From positions 3,534,001 to 3,598,000 of the forward strand of contig OZ234493.1 in NCBI GenBank assembly GCA_965153455.1: a DNA stretch of 64,000 bases. Direction: 5' to 3'. The position numbers and the translations under genes are program-made. A model generated the notes under the pieces. It had not been told where the DNA came from, searched no databases, and saw only the letters and a program-made list of their open reading frames with translations. Position 1 is the stretch's first letter. Each line of letters opens with the position of its first letter. Below, one piece after another: positions 36,691 through 49,924 of this stretch. Source of the DNA: Sphagnum compactum. Lineage: Eukaryota.

Positions 36691-39600
36691 ACTATGAAGA
36701 AGTTTTGGCTTGCCACATTACATTATTCTAGTAATTTGGATCCATTTTGTCATATGGATTTTAGCCACCACCATAGCAAAAAATAGTTCAGAATTCTCTC
36801 CATTTAGTTCAAATGTTGTCCCAATGATGCATGCACCTTTCATGATTTTTGAGAATATTTTCATGATTTTTTGAAAAAATATAAAGTTAATTCCAAAGAA
36901 ATTTAATTAACATCATGTTAAAACCTGTCATGCCGTAACGAACCAGTGCAATTTCTCTAGCGTAAAATTTAGTTGGTTTTGGGGGCCAAATATTTTAATC
37001 TACCTTTTGACTCCTCCTGGACGATCCCATTAGCCTATCCCGGGCACTTTCACATTTTGTAAGGTACCATTTTATTATTTTTAAAAGCTCATTTTCTCTT
37101 TTCTTTAATGATTTTTTTTTTCTTTTACTTTTAAAAAAAAACATTCCCCAAATTTCTCTACTTCAAAAAATTCTTTTCAAAACATATCTTATATATATAT
37201 ATATACACACAAAACACAAAAATTAAAATGATGAAAGTTAAAGAGCAAAGTTGCTCAAAGTGTTTAAACTTTGAAGTCCTTCTACCATTGATTTTCAAGT
37301 GTCACAAGTTGTGTAAGAATTAAATCTAAAACTAAAAAGAAAAAAGTTCAATGCTTAAATTGTGAAGCTTATTGAATGACTAAACTATGAAGCTTGTTGA
37401 ATCAAGTAGAAAATAATGTCACGGTTTAGTTTGAGAATTGTATCTCAAAATGACAAAAAACTTGAAGCTATGAAACCATCCTAAACAATTTGATTATATG
37501 AAACTTGAAATCAAAATCCTGTTTTGATACCATTGAAGAAGAAAAAGAATTGCAACACCAATGTGATAATCTTAACACGATATCAAGTTGCATCAAGGTA
37601 ATACATTTTTCAAGCATGATGTTGTTAAAATACATTAGGATTCACCACATAGTTAATTATGATTGGATAATTGTGCATGTTATTGAAAACATGATGAGTT
37701 GTGGTATTATCATTCGCCAATGCTACCAAAGACCAGCCAAAAGTCACATTTATACATTCTCTATGTTTAAGAAGTTTATTTTCAAAAAGTTCATTTAAAA
37801 ACCCATCTGCAATGTCAACAAAAAAAAGTCCTTTGATTCAAGGACATGCACAACACACTTATCTCAAGAAGAATTAGATGTAACAACATAGTTTGAAGTA
37901 AGAGCAAGATGCTCAAAAGCTGGAACATCATTAATAATAGGAAAACCAACAACTACATCAATCTATCCATGATCACAATGTTGTAAAACAAAAAAACCAC
38001 AAAAATAAAAGATTGGAAAAAAAACACAAAAATGAAACAATATATATATTTTAAAAAATTTAAAAAAAAATTATACTTGCCTTTCTCATACAAATTTTTG
38101 TCCTTACTAAACACCTCATGATAAAGAAGCAAATGGCCATCCTTCAATTTGACATTGATGATGCATTGGATAGCCCTATTTTGCAAATGCTTGTCAATTT
38201 GGTTCTACCTATAAAAAAATCAAAAATTGATTAGTACCATGCTAATAAAAAACATGCACAAAAGAACAAAATAGAACTTTTGAATTACAATCAAATGCAA
38301 ACTTGCAAAGTAAGAAACAAACTTTTTTGAAACAATTAAAAACAAAATAGGAAAGGAAAAAGGATAAACTTCCTATATGAAATTGGATCATGATGGCTAA
38401 TGGCCTCCATGCCATATTCCCTAGGAACCAAAATTTCCTCCATGTCAGTAATATCAACCCTTCTACTTGTCAAGGTTAGTAACATAACCTTGTTTTTCAA
38501 CTTTGAAAAAACCATAATAATCTTATGAACAATGCAACATAGTTGGTTTCAACCAATTGTAGCAAATCAAAAACTAAACATTATCACATGGTTTCCACTT
38601 AAGCTTAGAACAAAAAGAACATTAGATGTAGCTCGTGCTTATTAAAAGGCCAATCTATAGGGTGTCTTCTTGCCATCTCTTGAAAATTTTCAACAACATC
38701 AACAAAAGGTCCATGCTTTTTAATAAAACATCTCATCACATGAATTTGCTAGTTTTTTGAGACACCTTAGTAGAATCACATAACACAACAAAGAATTAGT
38801 TCAACCTCAATTGGTTCATCAATATTAAAATCAAATGAAGGAACAATGATATTCAAATGAATCAAAAGATTGTGAAATCATGAATTCTAGGGAGATTGAA
38901 CACATTCTTCAAACCATTATAAATACAAACAACATGATTCAATTTCTAACCATGTCAAAATCAAAATTATGAGTTCATTAGCAGAACAGAAAGATGGTGT
39001 GGCATGCATTGACATAAAAATTATAAGTTGATAGATGAAAGCGATTGTAAATTGATAAACTAGTTGCTAGTGACAACCAAACTTGACAATCCCATGAAAA
39101 AGTAAATTAATGTGTTGATAGAAAAAAATGAAACATTCCAAAAACATTATGATAATCCAAAGTACTATGTTTCACTTATGATCTTTCAAACATATAAAAA
39201 TATAGTTTTGAAAAGTGTCCACTCATTCAAGTGGGTCTTCAGATTGTGTTTACCCTAATGTTGACATAAAACAAGGTGCAAAAATAAAACAAGAAGTTGC
39301 ATATAACAAATGTAAACACAATAAAATAAACAACACATTCAACAAGAAAAACACAACAAGTGAAATCAAAGAAAAAAAATGGATATTGGCTATAGTGCCA
39401 CATAGGAAATTGACAAAGGTAGTTGGCCTAATAAGAAAAACAAATAGGTCAATTGAGAATTAATGACATTGTTTCAACAAAACGAAACCATAGATTAAAA
39501 ACATGTAATAATATTTTGCAAATCAACAAAACTACTAGCGTAAAAAGAAAAGAAAAGAGGTTTGATAATAAATCAACATAGCTTGTTAAAAATGAAATTG

Positions 39601-41443
39601 TAAAAAATGAAAAAAAATCCACAAACTAACAACGCCTTGGTTGATTTTGGAATCAACAACAATGTTCCAACAACATGAAGTGAACAATGAAAAATATGTA
39701 AGAAAATATGCAAATTGATAAATTGCTAGTGTAAGAAGAAGAGAAAAAAAAGTTAGAATTGCTTGAATAAAACAAGATGGAAAAAGAAACTTCAATTGGT
39801 GTGCATGTCATTGACTTGTAAAAAACAAAATAAAATGCAAGCAACCAATTAAAAACAAAAACAAAGAATGACACCTTCATCTTATTGTGAACACAAAAAG
39901 AAAAAGAATGCAATGATGGAAGAACACATATGAAAAAAAATTAATCAACAGAACTTGCTCAGAAAAACAATATAGAAAACAAAGAATGAGTGAGAATTCA
40001 CAAATTGATGAAGCCCTAGTCAATTTTAGAATTGACAATATTACTTGAACAATAAGAAACAAACAATGAAAAATAAATAAGAAGGTATGCACATTGATGA
40101 AATTATCATCATATGGAAAAAAAACAAGTTGAATTGCTCAAACAAAACAAACAAAATGAGATAGAAGAAAAGACTTTAGCACACATGTTGTCAACTTGAA
40201 AAAACAAAACAAAGAACAAGATGCAACATAAAACAAAAACAAAGAATCACACATTCATCTTGCCACAAACATAAGAATAAAGATGACCCAAATAGTGGCA
40301 ATGATTGAATAATGAAAAAAAAACTTATATAAATGCATGGAGCACATTGACAATGCAAGAAGTGAAATGAAACTGACGAAATAATGAAAAACAAAAAGAG
40401 ACAAAAGGCCAAAATATGACTTTAGGGTTGGAAAAAAAATTGTGCCTATTTCTTTATGTAAGGGAAGGGTCTATCTTTAGACCATTTTGAGGTTTTGGGT
40501 GCCTCCCTTCAACCTATTGGCATCTCAAATTTCAAAAGGGTATAAAGATAGAACCTTCTCCTATACATTTGAGAATGCGAAATGTATAAAAGAAGAAAAG
40601 AATGAATAGGAGAAGGGTTTTTTTTTTAAAAAAAAAAATAATGATTTACATTGGTAGTTCAACTTACTTCCATCTAGACGTGGCAACCAAGCAAAGCAAC
40701 AATGAAAATCCAAAAATGAAACCAAAACCAAAAGCCCCATCCTACATCCACCCAGGTGAAGTGCAAAAGATTTGAGTCATCCAACATGAAATAGGGCTTT
40801 GAATGGGAGTGTTGTGTGCCAAGGATATAGCTAGTGGGCCAGCCTCTACTTCATTTGAAGGCTCCTAGACCAAAGTTTAGGACTTGGATCCTCCATACTA
40901 GCCTTTATATATGACTTAACTTATGCTACTTATTATATAAGTAAATTTGTGTGTTCCCTTGCCTAACCCCATTAGAAAGAAATTTTGTGTTACTAGTGTT
41001 GGCAAAAAAATTCCAAAACATAGTGAGTTAGTAGGTAATAAATTGTGATGCTTATTTAAGGCTAAAAGTAATTGATGCAAAGCTGCCAAAACTTTGATTG
41101 CAAACAAAGAAACACACATGAACACACACCATCATCATCATCCATATATGGAGAGTAAAGAACAAGTGAAAGGAAAGAGAAGAAAAGACTTACTTAATTA
41201 AGTCTTGTTAAGTCTTTACCCTAATTAGTTATATACACTTGCACACTCAGTATAGTATCTGACAATAATACCCCTTGCAATGACAACTAAAGTAGGCCAT
41301 AGCTCTTTGAATAGGTACCTAACTTAATTTAGTTTGTTTTTTTGTTTGAAATTTGCTAGTGTTTGATTGCTAGTGAAAATGTGCTATGTGCTTTTAAACC
41401 CTAGTTTGAATTTCTTCACAAGGTGAATCAACACTTTACATTT

Positions 41444-41830
41444 CTACTACCTTCTTCATCTTCTTGAGTTAACCCTCGTAGAGTTAGTTCCACCCATTGT
41501 AGGTATTTAGGCTTACATTACTACTACTTTCTTCCTCTTCTTGAGTTAACCCTCCTAGAGTTAGTTCCACCCATTGTAGGTATTTAGGCTTACATTACTA
41601 CTACCTTCTTCATCTTCTTGAGTTAACCCTCGTAGAGTTAGTTCCACCCATTGTAGGTATTTAGGCTTACATTACTACTACCTTCTTCTTCATCTTCTTG
41701 AGTTAACCCTCGTAGAGTTAGTTTCACCCATTGTAGGTATTTAGGCTTACATTACTACTACCTTCTTCATCTTCTTGAGTTAACCCTCCTAGAGTTAGTT
41801 CCACCCATTGTAGGTATTTAGGCTTACATT
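41444..41830. repeat. Minisatellite: five near-identical 77-bp units
   Basis: Unit ctactaccttcttcatcttcttgagttaaccctc(g/c)tagagttagttccacccattgtaggtatttaggcttacatta, starting at 41444, 41521, 41598, 41675 (80 bp, extra CTT) and 41755. Confidence 0.97.
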
Positions 41831-42534
41831 GCTATTTCTCATACACATTAGTAATTTATGTACATATATTCCAAGCCTCACCCATAAATTAGGAAATGGG
41901 ACTTCAGAAAAATAATGAGGGACTCGTTATATATAATAGAGGAAGTGGGGGGGGGGACCAACTAAATAATCTATTTAACTAACAATAATGGAAAGATTAT
42001 GCCGTGGAACCAACAAGCAATTTAATTGATCCATAATAATAGGATTTAGCCCATGCAATTAATTACTTTTGCCAATCATTCATTGCTTTCCATTGTTTTT
42101 TTTTTTTTTTTTTTGGGGGGAGAGGTGAAATGTCGTCATTTTTGGACCAAAAAAATTGGGAAAATTTTGATTTTTGTTTGTTTTGCTAGTGGAAAATTCG
42201 ATTAATAAATTTTCTAATTAAAAAATTCGCTAATTTTTAGTTGCCGGTGGTAGTAGGTAAGAGGATTTTGGTGTCTGTCTTTTTCTTCTCCGGGTTCTAT
42301 GTTTTCCTCGAAAACTTCGTAGTTAGTTGTACGGGGTCTCACATCGTTGCAGTTTTGCAGCTTTTTTTTCTCCAAAAATCTCCTTTTGGGGGTGGGGGGT
42401 TTCCAAACTTTTTTAAAAAAGGAGGGGGGGGGGGGGGAGAGGGGTGTGGAGTAAGTTAGTTAGTTTGCCTTGCGTCGGTTGCGGAAGTGTGGAGTTAAAT
42501 TGGGGGGGGGGGGAGGGGGGAGCGGGCCATTTTC

Positions 42535-44020
42535 ATGCGAATTCTTCGCCCTTTTTATTTCCTTCTTGTTTTTTTCTGTGAGCGAACTGAGCGTTGCGAG
42601 TTTCGGTTGTCTCGGGGTTTTGGTGCTGTGTTTCTGCAGTGCGTTGTTGCATTCGTGGACGTTGGTTTGTGCATGAGAGTGTGGTTGTTGCGAAGAGTCA
42701 GGTGGGCTGAAAACTGCCGTGGACGTCACAATCACCTTAACCTCCTCCTCCTCCTCCTCCTCCTTCCTTCCTTGTCTTTGCCTTCGTGTTTCAGCAATCG
42801 AGACGTGGGCGAGCCGCCAGGGACTACCGCAGCAAGTCTCTTACGTAAAATCATCATCATCATCTTCTTCTTCCTCCTGCAGTTTCCTCCTCAATCTGCA
42901 AGTTTTGCTTGGTCGGTTTACCATTTTTGTATGTTGATTATGAAGGATTGAGCGTTGCTCATGATGATGATACAGGGTGAAGAGACACGATCTACAACAG
43001 ACCAAAAAATATAAACTACCAATCTCATGCCATCTTTTCTTTGCCTGCACTGTTGGTGATGACATACATGATGTCGATGAATATTATTGCTTCCATGCTT
43101 TGTTGGAAATTACATTGAGCAGAGCTGTGTTTATAATGGTAGGAATTCAGTGTTCAACATTAAGCTTCTAGGACAACAAACAAAAAAACCAAATTAGATC
43201 AAAGAATGCTTTCCAGGACTTCGCATATTTTCTTGTGTGGAAACTTAGCAAAACTGGCTTGTGCTTTTTCTTCTTCACCTTGAACCAAATTTGCAAGTGG
43301 TTGTTTGTTTATACCCGAAGCTGCTGCACACAAATTAGGAACTCTGAAGACAATTCCTTCGCTGTAGTAGAACTCTGTTGTTGAAAGATTGTCTGTCCAG
43401 TGTCGATAGATAGTTCCTGGTACAGTACTACGTAGGATCCGGATCTGGATTTGACCACTGCACCGCTGAAAGAAAGTCTCCTTTCAGAAGTTCGGTTTCC
43501 GGAATAACCCCGGGCCCTTGCGTGGCAACAGAATTTTTTCTCACGTCGTTCTTTTGTATATAGTCGAACATTTGCACTTCCTCTATGATTGGAATTGCGT
43601 ACAGGAAGTTGTTGCTCATGAAGTAGGTGTGCAACTCTGGTATAATGTAGGGTTCCTTCACTTGTGAAAGTCATGAGAGATTGCTGCTGCGTATGGCATG
43701 GTATCGCGACGCTTGTAACCCCTAATCTTGCTTTCCAGGAGTCAGCCACTCCTGAGTTTCTGTGTCCAATCCATTTCATGCACCCTCCAAAGTACTAGGG
43801 TTTCAAATCTTGACAGTAGTTGTTTCTGCAGTTGCAACAAAATGAGGTCAAGGTTGAGATCATGTCTCCCGACATACCCATTTGTGCTCCTTTTATGAGA
43901 ATCCGTAAATTGTTGGTCTGTGAATGATCAGTCCTTGCATCTCCTTGGGAGCTGCGGTTATAACCTTTTTCTCTTTTTCACGCACCTTCTAATTTGCCTT
44001 CTGTGGCTTGCAGCAATTGA
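42535..44020 (+). CDS. Putative spliced upstream ORF (57 aa) in the TPP 5' leader; candidate conserved-peptide uORF
   Basis: ATG at 42535 is open to donor CAG|GTGGGC at 42701/42702. The acceptor has a CTAAT branch point and pyrimidine tract, TTGCAG| at 44013, followed by C AAT TGA. Peptide: MRILRPFYFLLVFFCERTERCEFRLSRGFGAVFLQCVVAFVDVGLCMRVWLLRRVSN*. The splice junction is predicted, not observed. Confidence 0.55.
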
Positions 44021-44429
44021 GAGCAAGTCTTTCAGCCAAAGCAAATATTGAAAGGACCACTGGCAGATGATGGTGGGCAAGGATTTTGCTTTGCAATGAA
44101 GAACTGCAGCTTCAAGCAGTACTCAGGCCACATCCAGTAACACCCCATGGGATGACATTCAGGGAGTTGATGGCACATGCACACATCTTCAAGCATTCGT
44201 AGATCCACTAGGGACAATTGATGTTACAATGCAGATGGTGCTGAGTGCTGCCGCTTGTTAGTCATACCAGTTGGAAAATGGTATGCAGAGCAGAGATAGC
44301 TAGTTCATTTCCATTGATTTCACCTCCTTGATCCTGGGCCCTGGCAAAAATATAACAGGATTTTTGCACTCTGTCAGCTTTTAGTGGGAAGAGCAGACCC
44401 CTGGACACACTTGTGCCCCTTGCAGAGGA

Positions 44430-47400
44430 ATGGTAGAAATTGAAATGGTGTTAAAGGTCAGGGAGGTGGGTGAGAGTCTTGATACTCTGTTCAAGCGCGA
44501 GGATTGCCAAGACAGGGAAGCAGTGCTTATTCGGGCAAGCTTTTCCAACGTAGGAGAGAGATTGGTTGGTGGCTTGACCCTGAGATCCAAGCAAGCAGCT
44601 GTTTGTGCAGAACCTTCAAACACCTCCTGCCCTTCAGCAACATTGATGTTGTCTACTTCTCCTTCAAAGGCCACAGTTGCAAGCTCACATGCAAGCTCTG
44701 TGTCTTCACAGCCCATTCCCATTGTCCTGCAAGAGAAACACAATCCATATGTTACAGACAAGGGACATTTGGTCACATGGCTAGATGCCATGAAAGCTCA
44801 GTCTCCTCCCCAGTTCCACTCTCTTCATGGAGATACTCCTGAATCATATGACATGGAGGCAGCAGAATATGCAGCTTGGCTTGTAAGCAACAAGAACTTC
44901 AAAACCCTCAAGTGAAATTTGGATGGTAGATAGGGAGTTGCAATGGTTGGGCTTCTACTGTACATTTATTCCTTCATAATTGCTAGCCACACTCTCATGG
45001 AGTTTTTCATCTGGTTTTTGAGTCCGCTTCTTGAGTCCTTGTTGACATAAATGTCACTGTGGATACCTGCCAGCTAAGATATGGAAGAATGCTGATTGAA
45101 AAGTATAACTACTTGACTGAAGGATTGGACTCTTATGAAATAACAATGTTTTGTATATATTTGCAGAAGAAGCATCCATCGGCCCTGAGCATGTTCGAAG
45201 AATTGATGGTGGAGGCTAAGGCCAAGCAAGTGGTTGTGTTCTTAGATTACGATGGCACTCTGTCACCAATTGTGGAGGACCCTGATCGAGCCTATGTGTC
45301 AGATGATGTATGTCAGCATTTACATGCATTTCGAGATAAAGCTTCCTTCTCAGAAATGCCATGCACTCTTCTAGGCTCTGATACTTCTCTAGGATACCTT
45401 TTGTGAAATCGTATTTTTGTCATAACTATTGCATGTTGGTGGATGAAGGTGTGCCCCCACTGCTTCAGCGGCTAATGACTGTTTTTTAAGAATCTTTTTC
45501 TCACTCACTCTTGGAAGTTAAATCCATGTTGGCTTAGGAGCTCTGACTCTTATGTTGGATTGACTGTGTTATATGGAATCGGTGACAGATGCGAGCTACA
45601 GTTAAGGAAGTTGCTACCTTCTTTCCAACTGCAATAATTAGTGGAAGAGCTAGACCAAAGGTTTCTCTCCCTTACTATTTGCTGTTAACTTTGTTCCGTC
45701 AAATCAAATTTCATATACTTACATCCTATTCCTTGATTGAGTGGGCAGCACATCTTCCATTCCTGCAGTACACTCTATCTTCCATTCAAGTTCTTAAAAA
45801 TGTTCTGCTTTTTCAGACGCATGAGCTACAAATGGCTGTCTTCTCATTCAGAAATTCTGTGCTTGCTGTAGGTCTATGAATTTGTACAACTAGCAGAGCT
45901 GTATTATGCAGGGAGTCATGGTATGGATATTATGGGTCCTGCTGATGGCACAAATGGGTTCAGGGCACAAGGGACTCAAGTCAAAGACAAGATGGTACAG
46001 TATTTTCCAGCAGTGCTCCTAGATGCCCTAGATGGCCCCTACTTCTGGGAGATCCAGCATAACAGTGCTTAACTTGAATATCAGTGAGATCAGAGTATTG
46101 TCATGCCCTGCTTGGGATTGTTATATAAATTTAGAGAATGCCAAGACTGGCTGTTCTTTTGACTGGATGAAGTGGTGACTCTTTCCAATGCCAATGACAT
46201 CATGTGAATTTCATCAAATTTGTGTATGGGGTGATTTCCAGGGACATGATGTTGTCCTATTTCAACCAGCCAGTGACTACTTGCCTTTGATAGATGAGGT
46301 ACCCTCCTACTACACAAGATTCGTACATGTTTTATGCACATTTGAAGCTTGTCACTCAATTCCTCTAAGGGACAATTTGGGAAATTTTACATGGCTGCAC
46401 TTCCCAGAAGATATTTTGGATGTAATTTTTGAGTGCCTTAAATCTCATCCTAGAAATCTTCTTGCAGAACATAGTTTTACTAACTTCCATTGTAGTACAA
46501 AAAGACTGCAGGCAGTTCAGCTGGAGAAAAATTGTAGTTTTCTCCCTGTGAGTCATCTGCAGTGTAGTAGCAAGATCTGGCCAAATTCAGTGCTGACCTG
46601 GACTTGCTACATAATTGCTATATTGGAATGTGGAACCAGGTGTGCCAAATTTTGAGTGAAAGTTCAAAAGGCATCAGGGGAGCCAGAGTTGAGCACAACA
46701 GATTCTGTGTAACTATTCACTTCCGGTGTGTCAAGGAGGAGGTGACACTCTCTCTGTCCAACTTACACCTTGACTGATGCACTGTTCTCATCTCTGTTCT
46801 CATCTTCCTTATTGTGTCCTTCCAGTTCTGTGGAATGAATGAAAGTTTTGGTATCCAGACTGACCTACATGACAACCAGTTTGATTTTAATCCTCCTTTG
46901 TTTAGGTTCCCCCAGGTTTGTGAATTCCTTGTCATGGGATGGTTCATCATACTCATTGAAGCTGTATTACATCTAGGGTCGGTTCTGTAGTTTTCCTTGA
47001 TATGAGAAGTGTCTGTGTGCCAACTTAAATGCTTCTTCCTTATGGCTTCTTTGCCTTGATTGGTGGTGTTCACAATGCTGGTAGTCACTGTTGATTGTGT
47101 ACCTTTTGAGAAAAGATAATTGGTATTTGGGGAACGTTCTGAGAAGTTTGTGGTTTTCAGTCCTGAAAGTACCATTCTGACTGAAGAGATGAATAGTGTG
47201 AAAGGGGATTTGATTGTGTTTCCTGCTCAATCCATGTGGTACCCACAATGTTAGAGTTGCTGTTCATTCAAAAGGTAGGTCCAGGTCAATTATGTTTCTC
47301 ACATCATTGACATCTTGATCAGAAGTGCTATCACCTCTCAAATTGGTATAAAGTCCCATAGTCATCTTCTCCAACAGAAGAACACCATTCGGATAGTTAG

Positions 47401-49431
47401 GGTAGTCCTTAGGTCTGAACTCAATGGAAATGGAGATGAAAGCTGCAGAACCTTTCATTGAGATTAAATTTTTGGTACTGTTTTAAAGATTTAGAGACAA
47501 CTGTGATTCATTTTGTTTCTGTAATTGTTGATGAAGAAAGAGTCCTTTGACATGCCTGATGTGAGTATTAAATTACATTTCATGCATTTAAGTGCTTTTT
47601 GGGGTGATCAAAGTGTTCTCTGGAGGTGTTTTTGGCTTGCTTTGTGGGAGTTTTGTGGGAGCCTTGTGGCTGAACATCTCAGCAGAACAATGTAGCTGGA
47701 CTTGATGGATCTCTAATGTTCACACTCTTCTTGTGAAACAGAGTTGGGGGGCACTTGCAGAGAAGGTGGAGAGTGTATTGAAGGACTATCCAACACTACG
47801 TCTAACCCATGGCCGCAAGGTAAGTTTACATCCTGGTGAGCCTCTGTGTGTTCTTTAGTCTGATGTCCTCTGTTCTTCTCCTGTGAATCTTCCTACATTA
47901 TAGTGTGGCCTTGTTTGTGTGATCCCAGTGCCCATAACTGTTGATGGCTCTGCATTGTGGTGACAGTGCAACCAACTACAATGACCTTGCATTTCTGGCC
48001 ACCTAAGTGTTGACACATGGTTGGATGTCTGATGCAAGATTGATGCATTGAAACTAGTTGAACACCTTCTGCAGGTCTTGGAGATTCGTCCAGCTATAGC
48101 ATGGGATAAGGGGAAGGCTGTAGATTTTCTGCTATCTTCACTTGGTGAGTACAACAGCTGTAGGAAGCACATAAGGTCAGCAATGTTGAGTGCTTAAATC
48201 TTCTGCAATTTGTGACTTGTGAGAGTCATGGCGCAGAAGAGGAATTGATTTTGGTATGGGCATGACAGGGCTAGCTGACTCCAGCGAGGTATTCCCAGTC
48301 TATATTGGGGATGATCGAACAGACGAAGATGCTTTCAATGTAAGAGGGATTTACCACATGACAATATGACCTCATTTATCTTGGTCAGCATGCATATTTA
48401 AATGGCTATTCCCATGTCCTCATTGTATATGTTGTGGGTGTCTTGATCTCGATCTCTGGTCCTTGTAGTTGACTGGCTTCTATTTGGATACCTCTGTGAG
48501 CTACCATGTTGTGTCATTGTGTGCTCACTTTCCAGAAATTTGTATAACACAGCAACTGTGTTGAAAGAATATCAAGCAAGTGGTCAATGCAGCAGGGAAC
48601 AATAGTAAGCCAATTCATACAAGGACTAAGTTTGCTTGTTTTAGGAGGAAGGTTGCTCTGATAAGTCCCAGATGTCTGTGACTGTAGAGTCAAGATTGTA
48701 GTTTTTAGTTGGTCCCTTGATATTGATACGTATATTTTTTTTGAATAAAAGAAACTTCAAATGTTTTAGCTGATTTGTTTTATAAAATTTAGCAGAATAG
48801 AAGAGACTTTGCTGGTTATGGTGTAGACACCAGGATTGGGCTGCTGCTTTGAAAAACATAAAAATTATTCTTCCCTGCCGGTTCTAAAGTTGCTTGCTTT
48901 GATGTTCAAGTCAGTGGCACAAAGCAAGATTGCAGTGCCACTAATGCAGATGGACATGTTGCATTTGTTTCCACAGGTATTGAATGCCCTCAAACATGCA
49001 TGCAGCATCTTGGTGACATCAGTGCCCAAAGAGACTAAGGCATCCTTTTCTCTGCAGGACCCTTGTGAGGTACACACCCATCATGTTTTCTGGAGTCCTA
49101 TTGATTTTCCTGTATTGGATGGTTAAGAGTTGGACCTATGCATTCCGCCCTCCAAATTCTGATTCTCAAACTAGAACTCTAGAAGTTCGTCAACAAACAG
49201 CCAACACAGCCATTTTGTGCCAATCAGCTTACATTACTGTCTTGTGGTATATGTATAAAGTGGCATTTGATAGATAGGTAGACATTCTTGCTGCAGGTGA
49301 TGGAGTTTCTTCTTTACCTTGTGAGATGGAAGAAACAGGAACTGGAAGACCAAAATGGGGGCAGTGGTTCATTCTTACAATTGAAACCCAAAGAAACATT
49401 AAAGACCTTTGCAGCTGCCGGCTTCCCATAG
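44430..49431 (+). CDS. TPP: Trehalose-6-phosphate phosphatase (HAD superfamily, plant TPP family); 464 aa
   Basis: Exons: 44430-44882, 45167-45307, 45589-45660, 45872-45994, 46242-46298, 46640-46741, 47742-47819, 48075-48144, 48269-48339, 48977-49069, 49297-49431; total 1395 nt, in frame. Motifs [27 protein letters not shown] (HAD motif I), [51 protein letters not shown] and [13 protein letters not shown]. The start could instead be the second Met at 44445. Confidence 0.95.
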
Positions 49432-49924
49432 TGTAGGACATAAGAGACTGATCTAGGTCTTTCTCTTGAGCCTTCTCTGATTAAAACCTTTGAACCAGGT
49501 GCATTCATTTCAACAGTCCACCCTCTCTGAAGTCTTTCATCCTCCCATTGAGCTACTTTGTTAGGGCAGCAGAGCATTTCAATCGAGAAGCACACACATA
49601 CCTGAAGTGTGAGAAATTCTGTCTGCATAATAAGTGCTCAGTTACTAACCTTGACCATCAGCTACTAAGCAGATGGATTTTGCCCTGAATAACAATGTTT
49701 ATTATGCATTTTGAATGTTGGTCCCACAACCTATGATATGATCAAAACTCACAATTTGTTTCAATCAATTTTGAATTGAGGCATGGGTTTTTTATTGGAG
49801 ATATCTAGAACTTGATGAATGACAAGAAGACGAAGAATGACATGAAGTTCGGCAACTACTTGCAAACTGTGTGTCTCTTCACCATTGTGGCTTGTGTCCC
49901 CCTTCCAAAGGTGGACACTTACTA

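Noticed and set aside
36925-36962. Helitron 3' end (CCGTAACGAACCAGTG...CTAG)
   Set aside because: The hairpin is weak, CTAG is not followed by T, and no matching 5' end was identified.
37400-40420. Possible decayed transposon coding region and hydrophobic minus-strand ORFs
   Set aside because: No recognisable motifs; the ORFs reflect A-rich composition.
41444-41830. Regular repeats as a CRISPR array
   Set aside because: The units are contiguous with no unique spacers, there are no cas genes, and the context is eukaryotic.
42591-42710. Alternative-frame peptide ending RWFVHESVVVAKSQVG* as the TPP uORF
   Set aside because: It has no ATG and runs across the predicted donor site. The spliced ATG frame is the better model, although a non-AUG start cannot be excluded.
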